Source: Macrostomum lignano
Lineage: Eukaryota
DNA: 64,000 bases
Direction of reading: 5' to 3'
Assembly (NCBI GenBank): GCA_002269645.1
Contig: NIVC01000284.1
Span: forward strand, 645,525 to 709,524
The notes under the pieces are model-generated. The model saw nothing but the letters and a program-made list of their open reading frames with translations, had not been told where the DNA came from and did no database searches. The position numbers and the translations under genes were made by a program. Shown piece by piece: positions 15,101 to 27,181 of this stretch (within the stretch, counting starts at the first letter, position 1; the number at the start of each line of letters is the position of its first letter).

Positions 15101-16071
15101 AAGAATCACGTTCTTGATTTATATAACAGCTGCATAACAGACAGGTGACGTTATAGAACAGAGTACGTTGGAGATTGGGAGATAGGACTGACTGACTGAC
15201 TGACTGACTGACTGACTGACTGACTGACTGACTGACTGACTGACTGACTGACTGACTGACTGACTGACTGACTGACTGACTGACTGACTGACTGACTGAC
15301 TGACTGACTGACTGACTGACTGACTGACTGACTGACTGACTGACTGACTGACTGACTGACTGACTGACTGACTGACTGACTAAGAAGTCTCTCAGCTTGT
15401 TATTCTAAACATGTTTAGCAAATCGGCAGCACTAAAAGCACCAGCATATGTTGGGATACTACGAGTATAAACTGTTTAGTGCAAGTTTACGCTTATCATC
15501 CGTGACTCATCAATAGATTTGGACATCTGCCTGGCTAGTGCAGCTATCTCTGCTGCCGATCTCCAATGTTGAAGCCGCACAATATGCATTCTGCCAAAGG
15601 AGGGAGGGAAGCAATGCAGAAGCATTATTGTGTGGGTGTCTGGAAGTCCGTCTGTCTCGCCCAGCGACCTCCTGATCCCTGTTCGCCAATGCTTGTGCAA
15701 GGCGGGGTTCTATTGGCTTCATTTCAGCGCTTGTTCCTCATCCGTTACTCCAGCTACTAACTATAGTGTATTGTCTATTTCTTAGCAAGCAGTCAGCGTG
15801 TTCCATGTCAGTCTTGCTGCGTTGTCGCTTCTCTCTTTCTTGTTTTCTGTAACAGTTTTGTTCACTATTCTCTGATAGTTCCTTGAGGGCATGTTTCTAA
15901 GCCGCCGAGCGCTAAAGCTGTAGATAATGCTACTAGCAGTAATGGTATTGATATATTAGTATTTGTAATTTTAGCACAAATAATGTTTAGTATACCTGCA
16001 AAACTTAGTAGTAGTAGTAGTAGTATTAGTAGTAGTAGTAGTAGTAGTACTAGTAGTAGTAGTAGTAGTAT

Positions 16072-16131
<60 letters not shown>

Positions 16132-16132
16132 C

Positions 16133-16188
<56 letters not shown>

Positions 16189-16206
16189 CAGTAGTAGTAG
16201 TAGTAA

Positions 16207-16239
<33 letters not shown>

Positions 16240-17224
16240 GAGTGGCAGTAGTAGTAGTAGTAGTTTTGACAAAGGGCAGAGAGAATCGCTAATCATATAC
16301 GGGGAATCGGGGATAGAGTCAGACAAGGCTACTGCCCTCAGAGGTCAGTATATTCATAATATGTACTACCGGCACAGACAGGCAGCAGCTGGCTGAAGCC
16401 CGCCTCCGTGACCTTCGCGCCAACAAGCCAGCCAGCACGTGTTTCTTATCTTATCTTCTATTTTTCTTATCGTCTACATGTAGTTTTGCCGCATAGACAG
16501 GCAAGCAGGCCAAATGAAAAATGAAGGCCACGTGAGTCAGAGAAATGCATCGATTGGCTGCTTCAATTATATTTCTTTTTTCTGTCTGTCTGTCTTCTCT
16601 CTGCGCTAAATTGCCAAAATGTGTTAGCGCGGACCATGGAGTTCATAGAGGAAAAATCCGGAGCAATTCCAGATTCTCTTTTTAGTATAACATGGACGGT
16701 GCTGGCATTTCAGGGACGGCTGCCTCCTTACGTCTAGCTTTTAGATTCTTTAGCTAGTTAAATAGTTTCAAAGGCAATGGTGCTCATTAGAACTGCGTAA
16801 AGACTCAAGTTGTTTGATCATAAAGCTAAGCCAGTTTTATTGATCCATTTCATTTCCCTATCAAGTAAATCTTACGTTACCTTTGACCTCATCGAACAAG
16901 GCGTTCTTTGCCATCACTTTGTTGTTTATACTGCAATTAGTCAGCTTCTTGGTGTCTCCCGCTAGCTGGATTTCAGAAAACTTACTAATGTTTTTCTAAG
17001 TAGAGTTGCTTGATTATCAGTTATACCCGCCAGTTCATCAGTTACACCATGAACTAAGAAAGTTTGTTTATATTTTGCTATGGATGAGGTTAAAATGCAG
17101 TATTGCTACTAGAAGTAGGATAAAATGTTTTTATTATATAAGCGCCTCTGACTGGTTTTGTCATGTCACATAGTGATGTCAAAATTAAATTCTTAGTGGA
17201 ACCAACAATTAGTTAGCTAGTTAC

Positions 17225-17323
<99 letters not shown>

Positions 17324-17352
17324 TTTAGTTAGTTAGTTAGTTGGTTAGTTAT

Positions 17353-17398
<46 letters not shown>

Positions 17399-17503
17399 GG
17401 TTGGTTAGTTAGTTACTTAGTTAGTTAGGTAGTTATTTAGTTAGTTGGTTAGTTAGTTAGTTAGTTGGTTAGTTAGTTAGTTAGTTGGTTAGTTAGTTAG
17501 TTG

Positions 17504-17540
<37 letters not shown>

Positions 17541-17638
17541 GTAGTTATTTAGTTAGTTGGTTAGTTAGTTAGTTAGTTAGTTAGTTGGTTAGTTAGTTAG
17601 TTAGTTAGTTGGTTAGTTAGTTAGTTGGTTAGTTAGTC

Positions 17639-17682
<44 letters not shown>

Positions 17683-19854
17683 GGTTAGTTAGTTAGTTAG
17701 TTAGTTAGTCAGTTAGTTAGATAGTTAGTTGGTTAGTTAGTTGGTTAGTTACTTTTTTAGCTAGGTAATTATTCTCGTAATTAACAGATTTTATTGAGTT
17801 GATATTGATAACAATCTTAGAGATAATTTAAAAGTACAAACACCCGCCTCCTCCCTGCTGAAACTCTCCCAGACGCTTCAACAGCCGAACCTCATCATCA
17901 GCCTCCGCCCGCCGCCGCCCAGCCGCCTCGGTTGCCGTTGATGGAGGCGGCCGAAGCCACGACACCGGCCGAGTACCAGCGAGTGACGGTGCGCGAGAGC
18001 CTCGCCAGCCTCCGGGCTCGCAACGCCCTGCCGATGCCGCTGTCTGAGCGGCTGGCGCAGCTTGGGCAGCAGCAGCAGCGACTCCCCGGCTCAGCCCGCA
18101 GCGCCTCCAACCGACCGCTGCAGCCAGCCTCTCACGGCTCCGAGGCCGCTGTCGCCGAGCCCGACTCTCTGTACGAAGACATCTACGTCAACGATCTGCC
18201 AAGTGTGCCGGCTGCTGCCGCCGCTTCTGCGACTGCTGCCGACTCCTACTCTGATCTGTACTCTGAGTTCAACATCGACGGTGAGAGAGGAGAGGCGAGA
18301 GAGCGGGGACGCAAGTTGAATGGGTTGGGGAGACAGGGCAAGCTGGTTGGGGTGGGCGATATGAAATATACAGCTGTAGACTCTACACCCCTATATACGT
18401 ACTAGACACCCCAGACACTAAAGACACCCCAGACACTAAAGACACCCCAGACACTAAAGACACCCCAGACACTAAAGACACCCCAGACACTAAAGACACC
18501 CCAGACACTAAAGACACCCCAGACACTAAAGACACTCCAATATACTAAAGACACCTCAAGATACTAAAGACACCCCAGACACTAAAGACACCCCAGACAC
18601 TAAAGACACTCCAATATACTAAAGACACCCCAGACACTAAAGACACCCCAAGATACTAAAGACACCCCAGACACTAAAGACACCCCAGACACTAAAGACA
18701 CCCCAGACACTAAAGACACCCCAAACACTAAAGACACCCCAGACACTAAAGACACCCAGACACTAAAGACACTCCAAGATACGAAAGACACCCCAGACAC
18801 TAAAAAACCCCAGATACTACAGACACCCAGACACTAAAGACACCTCAAGATACTAAAGACACCCCAAGATACTAAAGACACCCCAAGATACGAAAGACAC
18901 CCCAGACACTGAAGACACCCCAGACACTAAAGACACTCCAATATACTAAAGACACCTCAAGATACTAAAGACACCCCAGACACTAAAGACACCCCAGACA
19001 CTAAAGACACCCCAGACACTAAAGACACCCCAGACACTAAAGACACCCCAAACACTAAAGACACCCCAGACACTAAAGACACCCAGACACTAAAGACACT
19101 CCAAGATACGAAAGACACCCCAGACACTAAAAAACCCCAGATACTACAGACACCCAGACACTAAAGACACCTCAAGATACTAAAGACACCCCAAGATACT
19201 AAAGACACCCCAAGATACGAAAGACACCCCAGACACTGAAGACACCCCAGACACTAAAGACACTCCAATATACTAAAGACACCTCAAGATACTAAAGACA
19301 CCCCAGACACTAAAGACACCCCAGACACTAAAGACACCCCAGACACTAAAGACACCCCAGACACTAAAGACACAACAGACACTAAAGACACCCCAGACAC
19401 TAAAGACACAACAGACACTAAAGACACCCCAGACACTAAAGACACAACAGACACTAAAGACACCCCAGACACTAAAGACACAACAGACACTAAAGACACT
19501 CCAATATACTAAAGACACCCCAGACACTAAAGTCACCCTAAGATACTAAAGACACCCCAAGATAAGAAAGACACCCCAGACACTAAAAAACCCCAGATAC
19601 TACAGACACCCCAAGATACTAAAGACACCCCAATAGTAAAAAACCCCAGATACTACAGACACCCAAGATACGAAAGACACCCCAGACACTGAAGACACCC
19701 CAAACCTCAGACACCTCAAATTAAAAGTCACTAAGATCCCCAAGTCCAAAGTCAGGGCTTCCTCCTGTCCTTGCCAGGCGTCTCCGAGTCCATCGCCAGC
19801 TCGCTTTCATCGCTTCACCGCCTGCCCGGCGCCCGACGGCCTCCTCCGCGGCCT

Positions 19855-19886
<32 letters not shown>

Positions 19887-22216
19887 TCCGCCGTCATCCA
19901 GCAGGGGAGGTCCGACCGCCGCGTCTTCGGCAGCAAACGACAGCAGCCGCCGGTTCAGCTACCACGGCGGCGGACGCGGCGGCACAAGTGCGAGGCAACC
20001 GCAATACGCCAATGCCTGCATGCTGAATGAGATTCATAGCTTTCGGCATATGGATAGCGATGGTAAGTTTGTCTCGGGATTGGGATAAATCATGAGGGAG
20101 TCTCAGGATTGGGATAAATCATGAGGGAGTCCCAGGATTGGGATAAATCATGAGGGAGTCTCAGGATTGGGATAAATCATGAGGGAGTCTCAGGATTGGG
20201 ATAAATCATGAGGGAGTCTCAGGATTGGGATAAATCATGAGGGAGTCTCAGGATTGGGATAAATCATGAGGGAGTCTCAGGATTGGGATAAATCATGGGG
20301 GAGTCTCAGGATTGGGATAAATCATGAGGGAGTCTCAGGATTGGGATAAATCATGAGGGAGTCTCAGGATTGGGATAAATCATGAGGGAGTCTCAGGATT
20401 GGGATAAATCATGAGGGAGTCTCAGGATTGGGATAAATCATGAGGGAGTCTCAGGATTGGGATAAATCATGAGGGAGTCTCAGGATTGGGATAAATCATG
20501 GGGGAGTCTCAGGATTGGGATAAATCATGAGGGAGTCTCAGGATTGGGATAAATCATGAGGGAGTCTCAGGATTGGGATAAATCATGAGGGAGTCTCAGG
20601 ATTGGGATAAATCATGAGGGAGTCTCAGGATTGGGATAAATCATGAGGGAGTCTCAGGATTGGGATAAATCATGAGGGAGTCTCAGGATTGGGATAAATC
20701 ATGGGGAGTCTCAGGATTGGGATAAATCATGAGGGAGTCTCAGGATTGGGATAAATCATGAGGGAGTCTCAGGATTGGGATAAATCATGAGGGAGTCTCA
20801 GGATTGGGATAAATCATGAGGGAGTCTCAGGATTGGGATAAATCATGAGGGAGTCTCAGGATTGGGATAAATCATGAGGGAGTCTCAGGATTGGGATAAA
20901 TCATGAGGGAGTCTCAGGATTGGGATAAATCATGAGGGAGTCTCAGGATTGGGATAAATCATGGGGGAGTCTCAGGATTGGGATAAATCATGAGGGAGTC
21001 TCAGGATTGGGATAAATCATGAGGGAGTCTTAAGATTGGGATAAATCATGTGGCTTCATAGATCGGTAAAGTTTCCACTGTGCTTATGTTGATATTCGAC
21101 TGCTATTGTCTACTAGCAGTAGTCGTATGCAAACATGAAAACATCTGAAGCCGTACCCGCTATCTGTATTCATTCAAACGCTGGTAGATGGCAGCTGCAG
21201 TTCGTTTGCAGCGCAACTGACGGCGAATCTGCAGTTCGCCCGGACCTCTTCGCAATGCCGCTTTTAAATGCGACCGCATTCGACTGCGGCAGTATTCACT
21301 TTTTATTGACAAGCTGTCATCATTCAGATATATTCAATATTGAACCACACTTTTCTCTGTTGGTGATTCGAAATCAGTTGGCTGTGCTTCATTCAACTAC
21401 TTGAATATATTAACTTACGCTGTCAATCGTTACGCACTTTTATTACGGTTGGTGGAGATATCACAATATTATTATTTATTGTCACAATTCAATCCCTTCT
21501 GTTATTGAACCAGGTGCTACCAAGTGAGTCAAGTGCTAATCGGGTGAGGGAGTGGGATGGGTGCTAATCGGGTGAGGGAGTGGGATGGGTGCTTATCGGG
21601 TGTGGGAGTAGGTGGGTGCTTATCGGGTGTGGGAGTGGGGTGGGTGCTTATCGGGTGTGGGAGTGGGGTGGGTGCTTATCGGGTGTGGGAGTGGGTGGGT
21701 GCTTATCGGGTGAAGGAGTGTGGTGGGTGCTTATCGGGTGTGGGAGTGGGGTGGGTGCTTATCGGGTGAGGGAGTGGGTGGGTGCTTATCGGGTGTGGGA
21801 GTGGGTGGATGCTTATCGGGTGAGGGAGTGAAGTTGGTGCTTATCGGGTGAGGGAGTGGGTGGGTGCTTATCGGGTGAGGGAGTGGGTGGGTGCTTATCG
21901 GGTGAGGGAGTGGGTGGGTGCTTATCGGGTGAGGGAGTGGGTGGGCGCATGCCACTGACGCCCTCCGACCCGCCCCGCAGTGGACCTGGCAACATCCTCG
22001 GCAGCGGAGCAGCTGCACCAGCAGCTCGGCCAGCCCGGCACCTCCTCAGCCCGCCAGTCGGTGCCGCACTCCCGCTCAGCCAATCATCTGCAGTTGACGC
22101 CGCGTCATGCCGTCATGACTCCGCTGATGGAGCGTTCGATCGAGGGCTCACTATTTGAGTCCGGTTTTGGTGGCAATGGCGGCTCCTCAGACTACGAGCG
22201 GCTGTCAGTGCTGTAG
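258..22216 (+). CDS. Single-pass membrane protein with long Tyr-motif-rich cytoplasmic tail (5' part outside or at the window edge). Exons ~258-504 (acceptor uncertain), 3714-4052, 5230-5571, 7171-7964, 17873-18280, 19778-20062, 21981-22216
   Basis: All six introns are GT..AG with matching phases (2,2,2,1,1,1), e.g. GATGATGC|GTAAGT..CCGCAG|G, AGTG|GTAAAT..CCCAG|AC, GATG|GTAAGT..CCGCAG|TG. The joined frame is open to TAG at 22214-22216. Hydrophobic segment LPLFPSIILLCSLTSFSIMSGLCFCI is followed by KIR. The tail is Pro/Ala/Gln/Ser-rich with 16 Tyr. The first exon is the weakest part of the model. Confidence 0.75.
590..934. repeat. Two diverged ~150-bp direct copies, period ~190 bp
   Basis: AAAAATCAGTGAA...GTCGAATATCTCAGCATCAAAGCTGTCTTTTGC...AAAGCTGAGACATG occurs at ~617-740 and ~807-934. 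Confidence 0.85.
1207..1573. mobile_element. MITE-like element: GC-rich terminal inverted repeats around an AT-rich core
   Basis: CTCCCTAAAACACGCCCCGCACCG (1207-1230) is the exact reverse complement of CGGTGCGGGGCGTGTTTTAGGGAG (1550-1573). GCTACACATTA/TAATGTGTAGC extends the inverted repeat inward. No clear TSD. Confidence 0.7.
1789..1882 (-). mobile_element. Possible solitary hAT-like DNA transposon end
   Basis: The minus strand begins CAGGGTTTTTTTTTTGTGCGCAG, followed by repeated GCACCC/GGTGCGG subterminal motifs. No partner end was found. Confidence 0.3.
4175..5050. repeat. 30-bp minisatellite (AATTATCTGAGGAATTCCCCTGGACCCTTT), intronic
   Basis: Tandem units read directly; palindromic AGGAATTCCT/EcoRI core. 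Confidence 0.95.
5645..6045. repeat. 28-bp minisatellite (GACCCACGGGATTTCGATTTGGGATTTT)
   Basis: Tandem units; source of the spurious minus-strand ORFs at 5613-6017. Confidence 0.95.
6565..7150. repeat. 22/23-bp minisatellite (AAGAATCGCCCTCTCACCAACTC) ending ~20 nt before a splice acceptor
   Basis: Tandem units degrade into the acceptor region at 7170. Confidence 0.95.
8005..8880. repeat. Purine-rich 16-bp minisatellite (GTAGAGTGGGAGAGAG/GAT)
   Basis: Tandem units beginning ~40 nt after the donor at 7964. Confidence 0.95.
9625..10325. repeat. Minisatellite with 19-bp (GGACACTAGGAAACCTATC) and 32-bp (GGACACTAGGAAACCCATAGACTAAGCCTATC) phases
   Basis: Tandem units read directly. Confidence 0.95.
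11107..11407 (-). mobile_element. tRNA-derived CORE-type SINE, copy 1 (intronic)
   Basis: On the minus strand: A box TAGCCCAGTGG, B box GGTTCGATTC, CORE-like GTGTCCTTTAGCAAAAGACACTTAACTCTGCATTGCTTCAGTTTACCCAGCTGTAAAATGGG, and an (ATT)n tail. Homologous copies at 28813, 33824 and 51783. Confidence 0.85.
13690..14300. repeat. CT-rich 18/19-bp minisatellite (CCCTCTGCCCTCCCTCTC); G4-prone on the minus strand
   Basis: Tandem units; source of the spurious GRGRAE ORF. Confidence 0.95.
15186..15381. repeat. (GACT)n microsatellite
   Basis: Perfect array. Confidence 0.99.
16006..16263. repeat. (AGT)n microsatellite
   Basis: Near-perfect array. Confidence 0.99.
17208..17752. repeat. (TTAG)n microsatellite
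   Basis: Array with TTGG/TCAG variants. Confidence 0.99.
18405..19720. repeat. 18-bp minisatellite (CCAGACACTAAAGACACC), fills most of intron 18281-19777
   Basis: Tandem units; a block of several hundred bp of variant units is itself duplicated. Confidence 0.95.
20075..21050. repeat. Highly homogeneous 29-bp minisatellite (GGGATAAATCATGAGGGAGTCTCAGGATT)
   Basis: ~33 near-identical units starting ~12 nt after the donor at 20062. Confidence 0.97.
21535..21945 (+). repeat. G-rich ~26-bp minisatellite (GGGTGCTTATCGGGTGAGGGAGTGGGT) with four G3 runs per unit
   Basis: Tandem units ending ~35 nt before the acceptor at 21980. Confidence 0.95.
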
Positions 22217-23121
22217 CTGTGATTGCTGTAGCTGTGAATGCTGTAGCTGTCAGTGATGTAGCTGTGAGTGATGTAGCTGTGAGTGCTGTAGCTGTGAGTG
22301 CTGTAGCTGTGATTGCTGTAGCTGTGAATGCTTTAGCTGTCAGTGCTGTAGCTGTGAGTGCTGTAGCTGTGATTGCTGTAGCTGTGAATGCTTTAGCTGT
22401 CAGTGCTGTAGCTGTGAATGCTGTAGCTGTCAGTGCTGTAGCTGTGAGTGCTGTAGCTGTGATTGCTGTAGCTGTGAATGCTTTAGCTGTCAGTGCTGTA
22501 GCTCTGAGTGCTGTAGCTGTGATTGCTGTAGCTGTGAATGCTTTAGCTGTCAGTGCTTTAGCTGTGAGTGCTGTAGCTGTGAGTGCTGTAGCTGTGAGTG
22601 CTGTAGCTGTGAATGCTTTAGCTGTCAGTGCTGTAGCTGTGAATGCTGTAGCTGTCAGTGCTGTAGCTGTGAGTGCTGTAGCTGTGATTGCTGTAGCTGT
22701 GAATGCTTTAGCTGTCAGTGCTGTAGCTCTGAGTGCTGTAGCTGTGATTGCTGTAGCTGTGAATGCTTTAGCTGTCAGTGCTTTAGCTGTGAGTGCTGTA
22801 GCTGTGAGTGCTGTAGCTGTGAGTGCTGTAGCTGTGAATGCTTTAGCTGTCAGTGCTGTAGCTGTGAATGCTGTAGCTGTCAGTGCTGTAGCTGTGAGTG
22901 CTGTAGCTGTGATTGCTGTAGCTGTGAATGCTGTAGCTGTCAGTGCTGTAGCTGTGATTGCTGTAGCTGTGAATGCTTTAGCTGTCAGTGCTTTAGCTGT
23001 GAGTGCTGTAGCTGTGAGTGCTGTAGCTGTGAGTGCTGTAGCTGTGAGTGCTGTAGCTGTGAGTGCTGTAGCTGTGAGTGCTGTAGCTGTGAGTGCTGTA
23101 GCTGTGAGTGCTGTAGCTGTC
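22201..23121. repeat. 15-bp minisatellite (GCTGTGAGTGCTGTA) overlapping the stop codon and forming the putative 3' UTR
   Basis: ~61 units; the first unit, GCTGTCAGTGCTGTA(G), encodes L-S-V-L-stop of gene 1. Confidence 0.95.
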
Positions 23122-23556
23122 ACGAAGACTAACGCTTTGCTTTCAGTTCGTGCGCCAATACTGAGCTTGAGTTCTCGGAAAACATTAGGATTTAAAGTAA
23201 AAATCTTTAAGTGCAAATCATACTTCTAATATTTTGTACACATACTCTCGTATTGTTTATTTAATAATACTAAATAAATTTATTGTAAACTACGAGTATT
23301 TCATGTACTTTTTTTTCCATTCAGGTATTTTACATATATTAATTTGAGCACATCTAAAATTAAAATCAATTTTATTCAATAAAAATTTTCATGAGGCAAT
23401 CAATTTAACTCCAATCTCAGTCAATTGGGTATTTCAAGTTTTATTATTCGTTTTCAACTCATAATTAAATCTTTAAATTTGTTTTTGTTCAAAATTGATA
23501 ACAGCTTGGAGCTTTGCAGCTTAATCCTTCTGCTGTAACAGTTTTGTTTATCTGGT

Positions 23557-24150
<594 letters not shown>

Positions 24151-24858
24151 TTCTATCTGTCTGTTTGTTTGCCTTAGTGTGTCTGTGTGTCTCCATCTGT
24201 CCGTCTCTCCATGTGTCTGTCTGTCTACTCTTTCAGCTTTATTTGTACGAATTCTGTGCTTTAAATTTAACTTCATTTCATTTTGAATCTGTTTTTTTTA
24301 ATTTAAACTCCTGTGAAATCTTTTCTAACATGTAATTTTTGTTTTCAGAACTTTTCTGATCCATCAGTTAAACAATGTTGAAAAGATTTCTCAATAGATA
24401 CTGCCAGTCAGACTGCTTTTGTTAATTATAATTTACTTGAACTTCATTAATTTGCCTAAAGCAGCTTTTCAGATGATCAGTGCTAGGCTTGCATGTACTT
24501 TAAAACGCAACTTGTGTACTTTACAAAGCCGATTCTGTAAATTTTCAATGTGCATTGTGTATGGATTTTTCTACTCGCTCATTTACATGTATACATTTAG
24601 CAAATCTCTGATACTGTCTGCTCTGCTTGTGTTTGTGTATCGTGTGTAAGTTTTTCGAGTTTGCATTGTGTTTGCGTTCTGTTCATAGACTATAGTTGCT
24701 GGAGAAATAATATAAGGTTCTCTTTATCAGTTTTTTTACATTCTGCTCTTATGGTTATTTATAGCTGCCATTTGCTAAACAATCATTTTTAACATTGGAT
24801 TTCGGACCTTGTTGTACTTCTTCTTTTGGCGCTTAAAGACAATTCGTTGATTCATTAG

Positions 24859-26046
24859 ATCCTCAGTTGCTGGGCCAGCCTCTCAGATCCCCAGTTGCTG
24901 TGCCAGCCTCTCAGATCCTCAGTTGCTGGGCCAGCCTCTCAGATCCCCAGTTGCTGGGCCAGCCTCTCAGATCCTCAGTTGCTGGGCCAGCCTCTCAGAT
25001 CCCCAGTTGCTGAGCCAGCCTCTCAGATCCCCAGTTGCTGAGCCAGCCTCCCAGATCCTCAGTTACTGGGCCAGCCTCTCAGATCCCCAGTTGCTGAGCC
25101 AGCCTCTCAGATCCCCAGTTGCTGGGCCAGCCTCTCAGATCCCCAGTTGCTGGGCCAGCCTCTCAGATCCCCAGTTGCTGGGCCAGCCTCTCAGATCCTC
25201 AGTTGCTGGGCCAGCCTGCCAGATCCTCCAGTGCTGAGCCAGCCCCTCAGATCCTCAAGTGCTGAGCCAGCCTCCCAGATCCTCAGTTGCTGGGCCAGCC
25301 TCTCAGATCCTCAAGTGCTGAGCCAGCCTCCCAGATCCTCAGTTGCTGGGCCAGCCTCTCAGATCCTCAGTTGCTGAGCCAGCCTCTCAGATCCTCAAGT
25401 GCTGAGCCAGCCTCCCAGATGCTCAGTTGCTGGGCCAGCCTCCCAAATGCTCAGTTGCTGGGCCAGCCTCTCAGATCCTCAGTTGCTGGGCCAGCCTCTC
25501 AGATGCTCAGTTGCTGGGCCAGCCTCCCAAATGCTCAGTTGCTGGGCCAGCCTCTCAGATCCTCAGTTGCTGGGCCAGCCTCTCAGATCCTCAGTTGCTG
25601 GGCCAGCCTCTCAGATCCTCAGTTGCTGGGCCAGCCTCTCAGATCCTCAGTTGCTGGGCCAGCCTCTCAGATCCCCAGTTGCTGGGCCAGCCTCTCAGAT
25701 CCCCAGTTGCTGGGCCAGCCTGCCAGATCCTCAAGTGCTGAGCCAGCCCCTCAGATCCTCAAGTGCTGAGCCAGCCTCCCAGATCCTCAGTTGCTGGGCC
25801 AGCCTCTCAGATCCTCAGTTGCTGGGCCAGCCTCTCAGATCCTCAGTTGCTGGGCCAGCCTCTCAGATCCTCAGTTGCTGGGCCAGCCTCTCAGATCCTC
25901 AGTTGCTGGGCCAGCCTCTCAGATCCTCAGTTGCTGGGCCAGCCTCTCAGATCCTTAGTTGCTGGGCCAGCCTCTCAGATGCTCAGTTGCTGGGCCAGCC
26001 TCCAAGATGCTCAGTTGCTGGTCCAGCCTCCCAGATCCTCAGTTCC
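24859..26046. repeat. 28-bp minisatellite (CCTCAGTTGCTGGGCCAGCCTCTCAGAT)
   Basis: ~42 units; internal GCTGG-G-CCAGC palindrome. Confidence 0.97.
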
Positions 26047-26305
26047 CTGAAGGTCTATAGCCTTGGTTGGAACGCTTTCTACATGTACGTTGTTAAAATA
26101 AGTAAAATCGAGTCCATTTGTCCCAAGCTTTTATTCAACAGAAGAAAATAATTCTTCACTTTTTCAAGGCTGCCCAGCAAAATCCTTGCAAAGCATCGCG
26201 TTATAATTGCGAAAGAAAACAATACCCGCCCCCGAACAGCATCCTGTGACGGTCTTTTGTGCTTTTCTTTCTACAAAAGAAGAAGTCTTTGTTGATCCTT
26301 GTCAG

Positions 26306-26872
26306 TCAGGCTCGCCTGTGCGGACAGCGGCCGAGATCTGCGGCGAGGCTGCACAGGGACTCGAGCGCCTGCCACTTGGTGGGCTTCTCGCCTGGCAGAA
26401 ACTGGTGCAGCTGCTGCAGCTGCTGCAGGTGCGGGTGGTGCTGCTGACTGCGCATGCCGCCAGACTGGTCAGAAGGCGCCCCGCTGCTGGCCACGGCGTC
26501 GGCCACTCGCTTGATGGCGAAGGCCTCCTCCAGTTCGGCGAACGCCGTCGACCAGCAGGCGCTGACGAGGCCGCTGCGATGCAGGCTGCGCATCAGGCAG
26601 GACAGGCAGGGCGGCTCCGGCTGCACTGGCTGGTCCTGAATCTGCTGCAGCTGGTGACCGCCCCCGCTGTGTCTGGAGCGAACTTCGTTGCTGTTGCAGC
26701 TGTCTGTTGTTGCTTCTGCTGAAGCGGTTTGTCCAGCCTCGCGACGAGCGCCGGGCTTCTCGCCAAGACTCTCCCGTTCAAGGCGCTGTCGCAAGCTGAG
26801 CACCAGGCTGTCGCGTTCTTCAGCATCCTTGTCGTAGGTGCTGTTGCGTTCGCTCATGTCTGCTGGCCGCTC
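26306..26872 (-). CDS. Uncharacterised protein, terminal or sole coding exon (ATG at 26857 gives ~183 aa)
   Basis: GC-rich, non-repetitive ORF (MSERNSTYDKDAEERDSLVLSLRQRLE...CLSCLMRSLH...). Acceptor-like GTTTAG|AG near 26872. AATAAA on the minus strand (TTTATT at ~26130) downstream of the stop. Confidence 0.55.
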   Translation of the reverse strand, partial: ERPADMSERNSTYDKDAEERDSLVLSLRQRLERESLGEKPGARREAGQTASAEATTDSCNSNEVRSRHSGGGHQLQQIQDQPVQPEPPCLSCLMRSLHRSGLVSACWSTAFAELEEAFAIKRVADAVASSGAPSDQSGGMRSQQHHPHLQQLQQLHQFLPGEKPTKWQALESLCSLAADLGRCPHRRA

Positions 26873-27181
26873 TAAACTGCTGACGGGTCTGAGGCTTTTA
26901 ATCAAAGTTGAGCTGTCTTCCTAGACTTAAGAATCTTGTCAGCTTCTGTTAAATCAAGTTGAGTCAAAGGCCGACTTCTTATGTCTATGGCTGGGCCCAG
27001 CTTGAAGTTCAGGTTTTCACTGCATCGACTATTATGAAAGCTTTTTCGCGCGTAGATCTTATTATATAGTTTTTAGCACAGCACAGATATGCGATTTCAT
27101 ATTTGGGTAATGCTTTTGCACAGCAACCAAATAGCTTTAAGCAGTACTTGTCAGTTAGGTAGTTAGTTAGTTAGTTAGTCC

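Noticed and set aside
16270-16396. RESLIIYGESG resembling a myosin P-loop or LINE ORF1 motif
   Set aside because: Lacks GKT/S and any flanking homology; short and adjacent to a microsatellite
17208-17752. (TTAG)n as an interstitial telomere
   Set aside because: The unit is TTAG, not TTAGGG or TTAGG; it behaves like the other tetranucleotide microsatellites
22113-23229. 336-367 aa TATAL/AVAV ORFs resembling antifreeze or elastomeric proteins
   Set aside because: They are translations of a 15-bp minisatellite; the supported gene frame stops at 22216
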